From: Kiloniellales bacterium | Lineage (GTDB): Bacteria; Pseudomonadota; Alphaproteobacteria; Kiloniellales; JAKSBE01 | Assembly: GCA_030066685.1 (NCBI GenBank) | Contig: JASJBF010000003.1 | Span: 110,576-174,575, forward strand | Reading direction: 5' to 3' | DNA length: 64,000 nt | In this document: one piece after another, positions 22,556 through 31,062 of the stretch | Position numbering within the stretch: position 1 is the stretch's first letter | How the letters are laid out: the number at the start of each line of letters is the position of its first letter | Position numbers and translations under genes: made by a program | Notes under the pieces: model-generated | What the model was told of the DNA's origin: nothing | Databases searched by the model: none | The model's input: the letters and a program-made list of their open reading frames with translations, nothing else

Positions 22556-24739
22556 GTGAGCGTCGAAGGCAAGGGCCGCGGACCCCTGAAGCTCGGGCCT
22601 GTGCGGCTCGGCGAGCCGGCGCCCGAGAAGGCCCGGAGCGACAGGCCCGGGCGCGAAAAGCCCTGGCTCGGCAAGGGCCGGGGCGCCGAAAGCAGCTGGA
22701 AAGACGACGACGCGCAGGCGCTGGTCCGCGAACTCGGCGAGCGGGGCGTCGCCGCCGACCTCGCCTTTCGCGTCTACGCGACCCGCCTGATCGGCGCCGA
22801 GCGCCGGCTGGTGGTGCAGGGCGAGGACGGCAGCACCTCGGTCAAGACCCGGATCAAGGACGTTACCGGCGAATCGGTCGACGTGCTCTGCGTCCAGGGC
22901 CGGGGCGTCGACATGGCCGAAATCACGGTCGCCGGCCTGCCGGCCCTGCGCCTCGAGCCGCTGCGCGCCCTGGAGCGCCTGCAGGAACTGGCGGGCGAGG
23001 ACCAAGCCAGGATCCAGCGGCGCAACCTGCTGGAGCCCGAGGCGCCGGAGACTCCGGTCGAAACCCTGATGCACGCCTTCCTGCCGCAGCGTTACGTCGA
23101 TCACTGCCATGCCAGTGCCGTCCTGGCCCTGACCGACCAGGCCGAAGGCGAGGCGCTCTGCCGCGAGGTCTTCGGCGAGGCCCTGGCCGTGGTGCCCTAC
23201 GCGCCGCCCGGTTTCGAGCTGGCCAAGGCGGCCAAGGCCGCCTTCGACGCCGTTCCGGAGGTCGAGGGCCTGATCCTGGTCAAGCACGGCATTGTGACCT
23301 TCGGTGACGACGCCCGCGAGTCCTACGAGCGCATGGTCAGCCTGGTCGACCTGGCGGAGCGGCGGCTGCGCAAGGGCAAGCGACGGGTCTTCGCCCCGGT
23401 CGAGCTGCCGCGCCGCCTGGCCGAGCCGGCCGAGATCGCACCGATCCTGCGCGGCGCCCTGGCCCTCTCGGAGGGGGTCGGCGACCGCTACCGGCGCTGC
23501 GTCCTGACCTTTCGCAGCGACGAGGTGATCCGCGACTTCGTCAACGGGATCGAGCTGTCCCGCTACGCCCTGGCCGGCCCGACGACGCCGCAGAACCTGC
23601 CTCATACCAAGCCCTGGCCGGTTATCCTGCCGGCGCCGGAGCTCGGCCGCCGCGCCGCCTTCGCCTCGGCGGCCCGGCGCGCGATCGAGGACTATGCCGC
23701 CGACTACCGCAGCTACTTCCGGCGCCATGCTGAGCGGCTGACCAGCGGCGAGCGGCTGCACGATCCCCTGCCGCGGATCGCCCTGGTGCGCGGGCTCGGC
23801 TTCTTCGCCGCCGGTCCGGACGCCGCGGCCGCGGCGGCGACGGCCGACCTGATGGAGGCCACGATCGGCACGGTCGCCGGCGCCGAGTCGCTCGGCCGCT
23901 ACGAGAGCCTGGACGAGGCCGAGATCTTCGATGCCGAGTACGCCCTGGGCGCGGGCGCCGCACGCTGGGAAGGCGAGGCGCAGCCGCTGGCCGGCCAGGT
24001 CGCGGTCGTGACCGGCGGCGCCGGGGCGATCGGCCGCGCCACGGCGCGGGCCTTCCACGCCCAGGGCGCCGAGGTCGCATTGGTCGACCTCGATCTCGAC
24101 GGCATGCGCTCCTTCGCCCAGGCGATCCGGGCCCTCGCGATCCGCTGCGACGTGACTGACGAGACCGCCCTGGCGCAGGCTTTCGAGCGGGTCTGCGAGA
24201 CCTTCGGCGGTCTTGACATCCTAGTCTCCAACGCCGGCAAGACCTGGCAGGGCCGCATCGGCGAGGTCGAGGAGGCCGAGCTCAGGCAGTCTTTCGAACT
24301 GAACTTCTTCGCCCACTACCGGGCGGCCAAGGCGGCGGTCGGCATCATGCTGCAGCAGGGCACCGGCGGCGCGCTCCTGTTCAACACCTCGCGCCAGGCG
24401 ATTAGCCCCAGCGCCGGCGCCGGCCCCTACGGACTGCCCAACGCGGCGACGCTGGCCCTGGTCCGCCAGTTCGCGGTCGACTACGGGGTCGACGGCATCC
24501 GGGCCAACGCGGTCAGTGCCGAGGGCGTGCGCAGCGGTGTCCTGACCGAGGAGACCATCGCCAAGCGCGCCCTGGCCCGCGGGGTCAGCTCGGAGGAGCT
24601 CCTGCGCGACAACCTCCTGCATCGCGAGGTTCATGCCGACGACGTCGCCCGGGTCTTCGTCGATCTGGCCCTCGCGGACAAGACGACCGCCGCCGTCGTC
24701 AACGTCGACGGCGGCAACATCGCCTCCGCCCTGCGCTAG
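22556..24739 (+). CDS. Bifunctional class II aldolase/adducin-domain plus short-chain dehydrogenase protein
   Basis: 727 aa. The N-terminal half carries aldolase/adducin-like motifs (HAFLPQRYVDHCHA, LILVKHGIVTFG). The C-terminal half carries SDR motifs (VTGGAGAIG, NAG). The exact start is uncertain (GTG). Confidence 0.82.
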   Translation: MSVEGKGRGPLKLGPVRLGEPAPEKARSDRPGREKPWLGKGRGAESSWKDDDAQALVRELGERGVAADLAFRVYATRLIGAERRLVVQGEDGSTSVKTRIKDVTGESVDVLCVQGRGVDMAEITVAGLPALRLEPLRALERLQELAGEDQARIQRRNLLEPEAPETPVETLMHAFLPQRYVDHCHASAVLALTDQAEGEALCREVFGEALAVVPYAPPGFELAKAAKAAFDAVPEVEGLILVKHGIVTFGDDARESYERMVSLVDLAERRLRKGKRRVFAPVELPRRLAEPAEIAPILRGALALSEGVGDRYRRCVLTFRSDEVIRDFVNGIELSRYALAGPTTPQNLPHTKPWPVILPAPELGRRAAFASAARRAIEDYAADYRSYFRRHAERLTSGERLHDPLPRIALVRGLGFFAAGPDAAAAAATADLMEATIGTVAGAESLGRYESLDEAEIFDAEYALGAGAARWEGEAQPLAGQVAVVTGGAGAIGRATARAFHAQGAEVALVDLDLDGMRSFAQAIRALAIRCDVTDETALAQAFERVCETFGGLDILVSNAGKTWQGRIGEVEEAELRQSFELNFFAHYRAAKAAVGIMLQQGTGGALLFNTSRQAISPSAGAGPYGLPNAATLALVRQFAVDYGVDGIRANAVSAEGVRSGVLTEETIAKRALARGVSSEELLRDNLLHREVHADDVARVFVDLALADKTTAAVVNVDGGNIASALR

Positions 24740-24755
24740 GCGCCCGGAACGAACC

Positions 24756-25592
24756 TTGAGCCAGGGCCCCATCACAGGGATCGACCACGCGCTGATCGGT
24801 GTGCGCGACCTCGAGGCCGCCCACGCGACCTGGACGCGGCTTGGGTTCACGGTGACCCCGCGCGGCCGGCACATCGGCTGGGGCACCGCCAACTACTGCA
24901 TCATGTTCCAGCGCGACTACATCGAGCTGCTGGGCATCGTCGACCCCGGCCAGTTCACCAACGACCTTGACCGCTTTCTCGAGGCGCGCGAAGGCGTCCT
25001 GGGGCTGGCCTTCGCGACCGAGGACGCGGTCGCCGCCGCCGCCGAGCTGACCGCCCGCGGCATCGCGATCGACGGCCCCAAGGACCTGAAGCGGATCCTC
25101 GAGCTGCCCGAGGGCGATGCCCTGCCGGCCTTCAGCCTGGTCCACCTGCCGCCGGAAGCGACGCCCGGCCTCAAGGCCTTCCTCTGCCAGCACCTGACCC
25201 GCGACCTGGTCTGGCAGCCGCAATGGACGGCGCACCCAAACACGGCGCTGGGGATCCGCCGGGTCACGGTCGCGGTCGAGGACCCCGCCGTCACGGCCCA
25301 GGCCTATGCCGAGATCTGGGGCCGGGACGTCGACGTCTTCCTGGTCAAGCCGGCGGCGGCGGACCTGCTTTTCGGCGGCGTCCCGCTGCAATTCCTGCGC
25401 CCCGACGTTCTGGACTTCGAGGCGCCGGCCGAGCCGCCCTTCATCGCCCATCTGGGCATCGAGGTCGGCGCGGTGGCGGCGGTCCGGGCCTGTCTTTCCG
25501 AAGCGGGCATACCCTTCGAGGACGCGGGCAACTCGGTCCTGCTTGCCCCGGAGGCCGGCAACGGGGTCGCGCTCAGCTTCGACGAGGGCTAG
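24756..25592 (+). CDS. VOC/glyoxalase-like domain protein
   Basis: I chose the TTG start at 24756, just after the upstream stop. GIDHALIGVRDLEAAHATWTRLGF is a glyoxalase-like N-terminus. Confidence 0.65.
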   Translation: MSQGPITGIDHALIGVRDLEAAHATWTRLGFTVTPRGRHIGWGTANYCIMFQRDYIELLGIVDPGQFTNDLDRFLEAREGVLGLAFATEDAVAAAAELTARGIAIDGPKDLKRILELPEGDALPAFSLVHLPPEATPGLKAFLCQHLTRDLVWQPQWTAHPNTALGIRRVTVAVEDPAVTAQAYAEIWGRDVDVFLVKPAAADLLFGGVPLQFLRPDVLDFEAPAEPPFIAHLGIEVGAVAAVRACLSEAGIPFEDAGNSVLLAPEAGNGVALSFDEG

Positions 25593-25675
25593 CCCCGGCC
25601 GCAAATCTTCCGGGCCGCGCCGACGAGCTTCGTGCTATAGGCCTGGGATCGGGGAATCACAAGCGGGGGCAAGCC

Positions 25676-25966
25676 GTGTCGAACCATGTCGGTCGAGACC
25701 TGGAGGCCACCTGGGGCCGGGTGCTGGTAGTCTGGTGGCTGGTTATCTGGCGGGCCGCGATCATCGGGACCCTCGCGGTCCTGGTCCTGGGCTGGGCCCT
25801 GGGCTTCGTCATGGGCGCAATGGGCCTGGATCTTCGCACCATCGATCTGGTCGGCCAGGTCGCCGCAATGGCGATCTACGGGCTCGCCGTCTTGATCACC
25901 CTCCGGATGGCGCTCAAGAAGCGCTACGCCGACTTCCAGATCGCCCTGGTACCGCCTGAAGGCTGA
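25676..25966 (+). CDS. Small hydrophobic membrane protein (about 96 aa, about 3 TM)
   Basis: GTG start with a G-rich stretch 7 nt upstream. The sequence is VLVVWWLVIWRAAIIGTLAVLVLGWALGFVMGAMG...VGQVAAMAIYGLAVLITL. GC3 is high. Confidence 0.5.
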   Translation: MSNHVGRDLEATWGRVLVVWWLVIWRAAIIGTLAVLVLGWALGFVMGAMGLDLRTIDLVGQVAAMAIYGLAVLITLRMALKKRYADFQIALVPPEG

Positions 25967-26062
25967 CCGTCAGGCCGGGTTCGACTCACCGTCTGTCGAG
26001 GTTCCTTTCGACTTCGGGGTTCGACGTCTTCCATTCCCAGGCCGCCAGGACGGAGGGAACAC

Positions 26063-27178
26063 ATGGCCGCAGCCATCGACATGGAGCTCGTGCAGGACGA
26101 GACCGACAGCGCGGCGCCCATCGTCTGCAGAGTGCGCGTCAACGACCCGGAGCTGCTCGGCCACGACGCCGAGTTCAGCCTGGTCGCCGAGGTCGAGGTC
26201 AAGCGCAGCAGCGGGATCGACAGCAGCGAGACGCTGCACAGCGAGGCGTTTCGGGTCCACGGCGGCGAGACCGAGTTTCGCATCCCGGCCGACAGGCTCC
26301 GCTTCTACAGCTACGTAGGCAAGCACGTCGACCTGCGGCTGCACACCCGGGTGCGGGTCGACGACGGCCTGCTCTTCGACACCAAGGTCTCCGAGGAGCA
26401 GCTGATCCGGATCGGCGGGAAGCCGCAGCTCAACACCGATGCCGGGGAAATCATCGAGCCGGGCGACGCCTTCCGCTTCTTCGCCAACCTGAAAGCGATC
26501 CCGCCGCAGAACCAGGCCTTGACCCTGGGCATGGCCACCGTCGGCGGCCTGGCGATGCTGGTCAACGCCCTGATCGGCCTTCACGACCAGGCTTCGGCGG
26601 AGGCCGCGACCTGGCTCTATTCCCACTATGACGGCGACGGTGACTCCGAAAGCCCTCTGGTGAAGGCGCTGATGGCCAGCGGCGCGCTGGGCGCCGGGAT
26701 CTGGTTCCTGATGCGACGCCAGCTCCGCAAGTACATGCAGTTCCGCCTGGCCGAGCTGCCGGCGCGGATCGAGCGCGGCATCGACTACCGTGTCTCCGAG
26801 CTGGTCGGCGGGCGTTCGCGGGTGCCACTGGAGGACGTGACCCTGCGAATCGTGGCCTGCAACCTGGAATGCGGCAAGTACCGGGAGCGGCGCGGCACGG
26901 AAACGGTGACGGTGTCCTTCCAGGAGCCGGTGCGCGGCGTGGTGCTCTATGAGAAGACGGTCAGCCGAATTCCCGCCAAGTACCCAATCGGCGACTATTT
27001 CAAGGATCGCCTCCGCTTCGACCCGATGTTCGCTGCGCTCTACCCGCCGGCGATGCTGGGCGGCAGCCACGGGGTTGATCTGCGCTGGGAGGTCCAGCTC
27101 CTGCATGCGGACTTCGTTGACCAGGAGCTGGTCGGGCCCACGCAAGTCCTGGCCTACAAGGATTTCCTGAGCGCATGA
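26063..27178 (+). CDS. Hypothetical protein: two related beta-rich halves separated by a TM hairpin
   Basis: 371 aa with an SD GGACGGAGGGA. TM1 is LTLGMATVGGLAMLVNALIGL and TM2 is ALMASGALGAGIWFLMRRQL. The acidic loop between them contains DGDGDSE. An internal repeat motif GKHVDLRLHTRVRVDDGLLFD / GSHGVDLRWEVQLLHADFVD is visible. I recognise no family. Confidence 0.75.
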   Translation: MAAAIDMELVQDETDSAAPIVCRVRVNDPELLGHDAEFSLVAEVEVKRSSGIDSSETLHSEAFRVHGGETEFRIPADRLRFYSYVGKHVDLRLHTRVRVDDGLLFDTKVSEEQLIRIGGKPQLNTDAGEIIEPGDAFRFFANLKAIPPQNQALTLGMATVGGLAMLVNALIGLHDQASAEAATWLYSHYDGDGDSESPLVKALMASGALGAGIWFLMRRQLRKYMQFRLAELPARIERGIDYRVSELVGGRSRVPLEDVTLRIVACNLECGKYRERRGTETVTVSFQEPVRGVVLYEKTVSRIPAKYPIGDYFKDRLRFDPMFAALYPPAMLGGSHGVDLRWEVQLLHADFVDQELVGPTQVLAYKDFLSA

Positions 27179-27813
27179 CCGGCTTGGCGCAGAGCGGCCG
27201 CTTTGACGACCATCTGGGCCTCTTGGCCCGGGACCTCTCGGATGTCCGCCTGCTCGCGCTGCACGGCGTCAGCGGCAGCGGCAAGTCGACGGCCATCGCT
27301 TGGCTGCTGCAGGCGCATCCGGCGTTCCGAGGGCGGCCCTGCAGCCACATTACCGGCCCTGCCATCGATTGGCGGCGCCTGGACCGCTCGACGGAGCTGG
27401 TGGTTGTCGACGAATGCAGGGGGCTTCGCGATCTGGGCGGGCTGGTCCGGCTGTTGGGCCGTGGCCACCGGGTGCTGGCGGCCAGCCACCTGCCGCTCGC
27501 CACCAGCCGCGTGCTGGGCCTTGCTTGGCCGGTGCTTGCCCTGGCGACTGACCGGGATCCGGCCAAGATCGAGCGCTATCTAAAGACCCGGGGCGCCGCC
27601 TTCAGCGCTGGGCGGGTCCGCGCCCTCTGCGCGCGCTTCGGGGCCAGCTACGCCTGGGTCGACCTGATCCTGGAGTTCGACGGCGGCCGCGACTTCGACC
27701 GGGCCTATAACCGCTTCGAGCGCTGCTGCCGGGTCGAGGTCACGCCGACCCGGCCGGAGCGGGGCCGGTCTCGATCGATCCCTCCGGCCCGATCCGGCAG
27801 GCCTGTCCGGTGA
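27175..27813 (+). CDS. Small P-loop NTPase of unknown family
   Basis: 212 aa with an ATGA overlap onto the upstream gene. Walker A is GVSGSGKST and Walker B is ELVVVDE. The 3' end overlaps the convergent acnX small-subunit gene by 74 nt, so the true C-terminus is uncertain. Confidence 0.7.
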   Translation: MTGLAQSGRFDDHLGLLARDLSDVRLLALHGVSGSGKSTAIAWLLQAHPAFRGRPCSHITGPAIDWRRLDRSTELVVVDECRGLRDLGGLVRLLGRGHRVLAASHLPLATSRVLGLAWPVLALATDRDPAKIERYLKTRGAAFSAGRVRALCARFGASYAWVDLILEFDGGRDFDRAYNRFERCCRVEVTPTRPERGRSRSIPPARSGRPVR

Positions 27814-28183
27814 CCAGGGCCGCCTGGTCCGCCGGCGGCAGCAGAACGGCCGGCGGCGGATTGCGGTAGCCCATTTCCAAGGCAACCACGACTCCCAGGA
27901 TCAGGATCGCGTCGGGCTTGCCCAGGATCACGGCGGCCGGTGCCAGGCCGCGGGCGATCAGCTCCAGCATCACGGCGGAGCCGGAGGAGGAGCCGATGGT
28001 CTCGGGAATCACCAGGACCCGTCCGCCGACCGCCTCGCCATGCTGAGGATGGCGCGGATCGCTGATCCGGCCGCTCTCCGGATCGACGCCGCCCCAGAAG
28101 CTGATCGGCCGGTCGAGCTTGAGGACCGCGCCTTCCGCGGCACCCGGCAGCAGGACCTCTCCGTGAAGCGCGTCCGCCGTCAT
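27740..28183 (-). CDS. Aconitase X swivel-domain subunit (DUF126)
   Basis: 147 aa. LSFWGGVDPESG...HPQHG..VGGRVLVIPETIGSSSGS is the DUF126 pattern. It has an ATGA overlap with the large subunit. Confidence 0.85.
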   Translation of the reverse strand: MTADALHGEVLLPGAAEGAVLKLDRPISFWGGVDPESGRISDPRHPQHGEAVGGRVLVIPETIGSSSGSAVMLELIARGLAPAAVILGKPDAILILGVVVALEMGYRNPPPAVLLPPADQAALVTGQACRIGPEGSIETGPAPAGSA

Positions 28184-29430
28184 TGCCAGAGGCTCTCGTC
28201 CCGGGTGACCCGGCCGTCGGCCGCCGTGGCGACGCAGTCCTCCAGGCTGCCATAGACCACGCCGTAGCCGATGGTGCCCGGCGCGTAGTGGGCGAACTTG
28301 CCGGAGTTGGTCATTAGCACGCCGCCGTCGCGCGGCAGGATCGGCGTCACCACCACGCAGGTGTCGGTGACCAAGGTGACCCCGGCCTCCTCCAGAGGCC
28401 GCAGCCGACCCTCGGACTCCAGGCGCTCGACCGCGTGGCGGCCGGTGCAGACATAGAAGGGCAGTCTGATCTCCCGGCCCTTCAGGACGGCTTCCAGGCG
28501 GCCGAACTCCTCGTAGGAGAAGTGCGGCGAGCCCAGGGCGACGGCGTCGACCGTCTCGGCGAGCGAGGTCGAGAGCCGGTCGCGGGCCCGGCGCAGGGCC
28601 TGGGGGGTGAGCGCGATCCGGCGCTCGGGTGCCTGGCCGCCGAGGGCGGCCTCGACGCTGGGCGCCTCCGGAGTCACGCCGGCGACGTGGAACAGACCGA
28701 CCGCGCCGGTCGAGGCCGCGGCCGCGCCCAGGGCCTTCAGCCGGTCCTCGCTCAGGCCCGCCGGCAGGCCCGCGATCACCGGGACGGCCCCGCCGACCTC
28801 GGCGCCCAGCCAGGCGCCCAGCACTGGATAGAAGACCTCGCTGTCCTTCAGAGCCGCAGAGATGCCGCCCGTCTCGATCAGGACCGTGGCGCGGCGGTTC
28901 TCCGGCCGGTGCAGGCCGCAGTCCGGCGCCCGGCCGGCCAGGGCGCAGCAGATGTCGAGCAGGTCGCCGTAGCGGTTGGTCCGGGCGCCCAGCACCGAGT
29001 TGCAGAAGGCCACGGCGTTGCTTTCGCCCCAGGCGACGTCCTCGCCCGCGGCCGGCCGGTGCCCGGCCTGGTAGGGCGCGCAGGTCCAGGTCGGCCGGCA
29101 GCCGAGCGCGCCGTAGGCCGCCATCTGGCGCCGCGCCGCGGCCTGTCGCGCGGGCGCCGCCCGCACCCGATCGGGGTGCAGCAGGTCGAGGGCGCCGACG
29201 TTGAGGGTGGTCGGCACCGCGACCAGGCCGCCGCCCGCGACCAGCCGCTCGGCGAAGGCGACCCCGGCATCGCCGTGGTAAAGGCAGCCGTCGATATGCG
29301 CCGAGGCGATCGGGATCAGCCGCTCGGCGCCGAGCAGACGTGCCGCCTCCGCCACCACCCGCAGCGCCAGGCCGGCGGCGTCGTCGCGCTTCGCGGTCTC
29401 GCGCTCGGCCTCGGTGAGGGCGAGGGTCAT
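28180..29430 (-). CDS. Aconitase X catalytic-domain subunit (DUF521)
   Basis: Start chosen at MTLALTEAE (29430). SAHIDGCLYHGDAG, PTWTCAPYQ and GESNAVAFCNSVLGARTNRYG match the DUF521 pattern. Confidence 0.85.
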   Translation of the reverse strand: MTLALTEAERETAKRDDAAGLALRVVAEAARLLGAERLIPIASAHIDGCLYHGDAGVAFAERLVAGGGLVAVPTTLNVGALDLLHPDRVRAAPARQAAARRQMAAYGALGCRPTWTCAPYQAGHRPAAGEDVAWGESNAVAFCNSVLGARTNRYGDLLDICCALAGRAPDCGLHRPENRRATVLIETGGISAALKDSEVFYPVLGAWLGAEVGGAVPVIAGLPAGLSEDRLKALGAAAASTGAVGLFHVAGVTPEAPSVEAALGGQAPERRIALTPQALRRARDRLSTSLAETVDAVALGSPHFSYEEFGRLEAVLKGREIRLPFYVCTGRHAVERLESEGRLRPLEEAGVTLVTDTCVVVTPILPRDGGVLMTNSGKFAHYAPGTIGYGVVYGSLEDCVATAADGRVTRDESLWQ

Positions 29431-29509
29431 GGCATGGCTCCCGGTGCCGTTGTCACCGGCGCAGTCTAGCGCAAGCACGAGGTCCGGACGAAAGCCCGGC
29501 GAAGGCCTG

Positions 29510-29557
29510 GAGCATGATCGTGTCGCACCGACGTGGTGTGACACGCGAATCATGCTC
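29510..29557 (-). other. Long imperfect hairpin in the tetR-acnX intergenic region
   Basis: GAGCATGAT-CGTGTC-G-CACC / GGTG-T-GACACG-cga-ATCATGCTC gives about 19 paired positions around a GACGT loop. Confidence 0.5.
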
Positions 29558-29562
29558 TAACT

Positions 29563-29620
29563 TGTTAAAATAGATCAAGATTCACGGCTCAGATTGGTTC
29601 AATCTGAGCCGATCTTGATC
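29563..29620 (-). terminator. Strong hairpin plus T-tract immediately after the tetR stop
   Basis: Stems GATCAAGAT/ATCTTGATC (9 bp) and GGCTCAGATTG/CAATCTGAGCC (11 bp). On the minus strand they are followed by TATTTTAA. The hairpin abuts the stop codon. Confidence 0.6.
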
Positions 29621-30183
29621 TAGGCCGCGAGCGCCTCGTCGATCAGCAGCCTGGCGGCGTGGCGGGCGGCGGTGAGGTCCTTTTCGCCGCAGACGTGGGC
29701 GAGGGCGGTGGCGCCCTCCATGAGCAGGCCGAGCTCCCGGGCCAGGGTCTCGGGATCGCGGGCGCCGGCCTCGGCGGCCAGGTCGCGCAGAAAGGCCAGC
29801 AGCAGGCGCTTGTGCTCGGCGGCGGCGGCGTGGATCGGGTCCTCGGCCGGGTGGAACTCGGCGGCCGCGGCGACGAAGGTGCAGCCGGCGAAGTCTGGGT
29901 GCCCGAACCAGGCCTCGAGCGCGTCGAAGACCGCCAGCAGCCGCGCCCGCGGCGTCGCGCCCTTGGCCTCGACCTTGCGCCGGAACCAGTTGCGAAACTC
30001 CTCGTCGCGGCGCCGGAGCGCGGCCAGGATCAGCTCGTCCTTGGACCGGAAGTGCTTGTAGAGGGTCATCTTGGCGACCCCGGCCTCGGCCAGGATGCGG
30101 TCGATGCCGGTGGCGTGGAAGCCGTGGCGGGCGAAGAGCCTGGCCGCGGTGTCGACCAGGTGGTCGCGGCGGGTCGCGGTCAT
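29620..30183 (-). CDS. TetR/AcrR family transcriptional regulator
   Basis: 187 aa. The N-terminal HTH is RDHLVDTAARLFARHGFHATGIDRILAEAGVAKMTLYKHFRSKDELI. Confidence 0.9.
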   Translation of the reverse strand: MTATRRDHLVDTAARLFARHGFHATGIDRILAEAGVAKMTLYKHFRSKDELILAALRRRDEEFRNWFRRKVEAKGATPRARLLAVFDALEAWFGHPDFAGCTFVAAAAEFHPAEDPIHAAAAEHKRLLLAFLRDLAAEAGARDPETLARELGLLMEGATALAHVCGEKDLTAARHAARLLIDEALAA

Positions 30184-30194
30184 GGTGCTACCCC

Positions 30195-30215
30195 GACCGT
30201 CTGGACAGGACGGTC
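30195..30215. promoter_or_regulatory. Inverted repeat GACCGTC-N7-GACGGTC, candidate TetR operator
   Basis: Perfect 7-nt arms, 12 nt upstream of the tetR start in the tetR/CMD divergent region. Confidence 0.25.
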
Positions 30216-30348
30216 TGCTCCTTTGCCCGTTGGACTGCCCTGTCTGCTGTTCCTTGCTCTATCCATGTCCCATAGATGCGGACTTTTTGCCGGAAAATCA
30301 AGGAACCTGGTTCCAGCGCACATCTCTTGTCAGTCGCCTCTTGTAAAA

Positions 30349-30363
30349 CAGACAGGTCTGTCT
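30349..30363. promoter_or_regulatory. Inverted repeat CAGAC-AG-GTCTG / AGACAG-GT-CTGTCT, candidate operator
   Basis: Seen directly. It lies about 85 nt upstream of the CMD-family gene and shares the GACAGG..TCTG core with the 30195 repeat. Confidence 0.25.
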
Positions 30364-30448
30364 ATATCAAGGATCAGAGCAGTGTCGCGCCCGCCGGCCC
30401 GACGCAGTTCAAGGTTTCAAAGCGACAGAGACGAAAAGGAGAGTCCCT

Positions 30449-31000
30449 ATGCCGCGCCTGACCCCCATCGATCCCGCCGCCGCCGAAGGCAAGGCCAAGG
30501 TCCTGCTGGACGGCGTCCAGAAGAAGCTGGGCGTGGTGCCCAACCTCTTCCGCACCATGGCCGCCTCGCCGGCGGTTCTGGAAAGCTACCTCGGCTTCAG
30601 CCAGAACCTCGGCGGCACGGGCCTGAGCGCCCGGCAGCGCGAGCAGATCGCCCTGGCCGTGGCCGGCGCCAACGCCTGCGAATACTGCGCCTCGGCCCAC
30701 ACCGCGATCGGCAAGGGCCTGGGTCTGAGCGAGGCCGAGGCGGCACGCAACCTGGCTGGCGCGGCCGAGGACCCCGAGACCGCGGCCATCCTCGCCTTCG
30801 CCATCGCCCTGGTGGACAAGAAGGGCTGGGTGAGCGACGACGACATCGCCGCGGTGCGCGCCGCCGGGGCCGACGACGCCACCATCGGCGAGATCGTCGC
30901 GACCGTCGCGCTCAACATCTTTACCAACTACTTCAACCACGTCGCCCGGACCGAGGTCGACTTCCCGGTCGTGGAGGTCGCCGCGCCCCAGGCGGCATAG
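30449..31000 (+). CDS. Carboxymuconolactone decarboxylase / AhpD-like family protein
   Basis: 183 aa with an SD AAGGAGAG. The CxxC-type motif is ANACEYCASAH. Confidence 0.85.
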   Translation: MPRLTPIDPAAAEGKAKVLLDGVQKKLGVVPNLFRTMAASPAVLESYLGFSQNLGGTGLSARQREQIALAVAGANACEYCASAHTAIGKGLGLSEAEAARNLAGAAEDPETAAILAFAIALVDKKGWVSDDDIAAVRAAGADDATIGEIVATVALNIFTNYFNHVARTEVDFPVVEVAAPQAA

Positions 31001-31062
31001 GCTAGACTGCCGCAGTCGCCGTCCGGAACCTGCCGGGCGGCGGCGCGGCCAGGAGACGGATC

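Noticed and set aside
25967-26062. tRNA-like GGTTCGAC motifs (two copies) upstream of the 371-aa ORF.
   Set aside because: No flanking stems can form a T-arm, acceptor stem or anticodon arm. This is probably just a short direct repeat in the 5' region.
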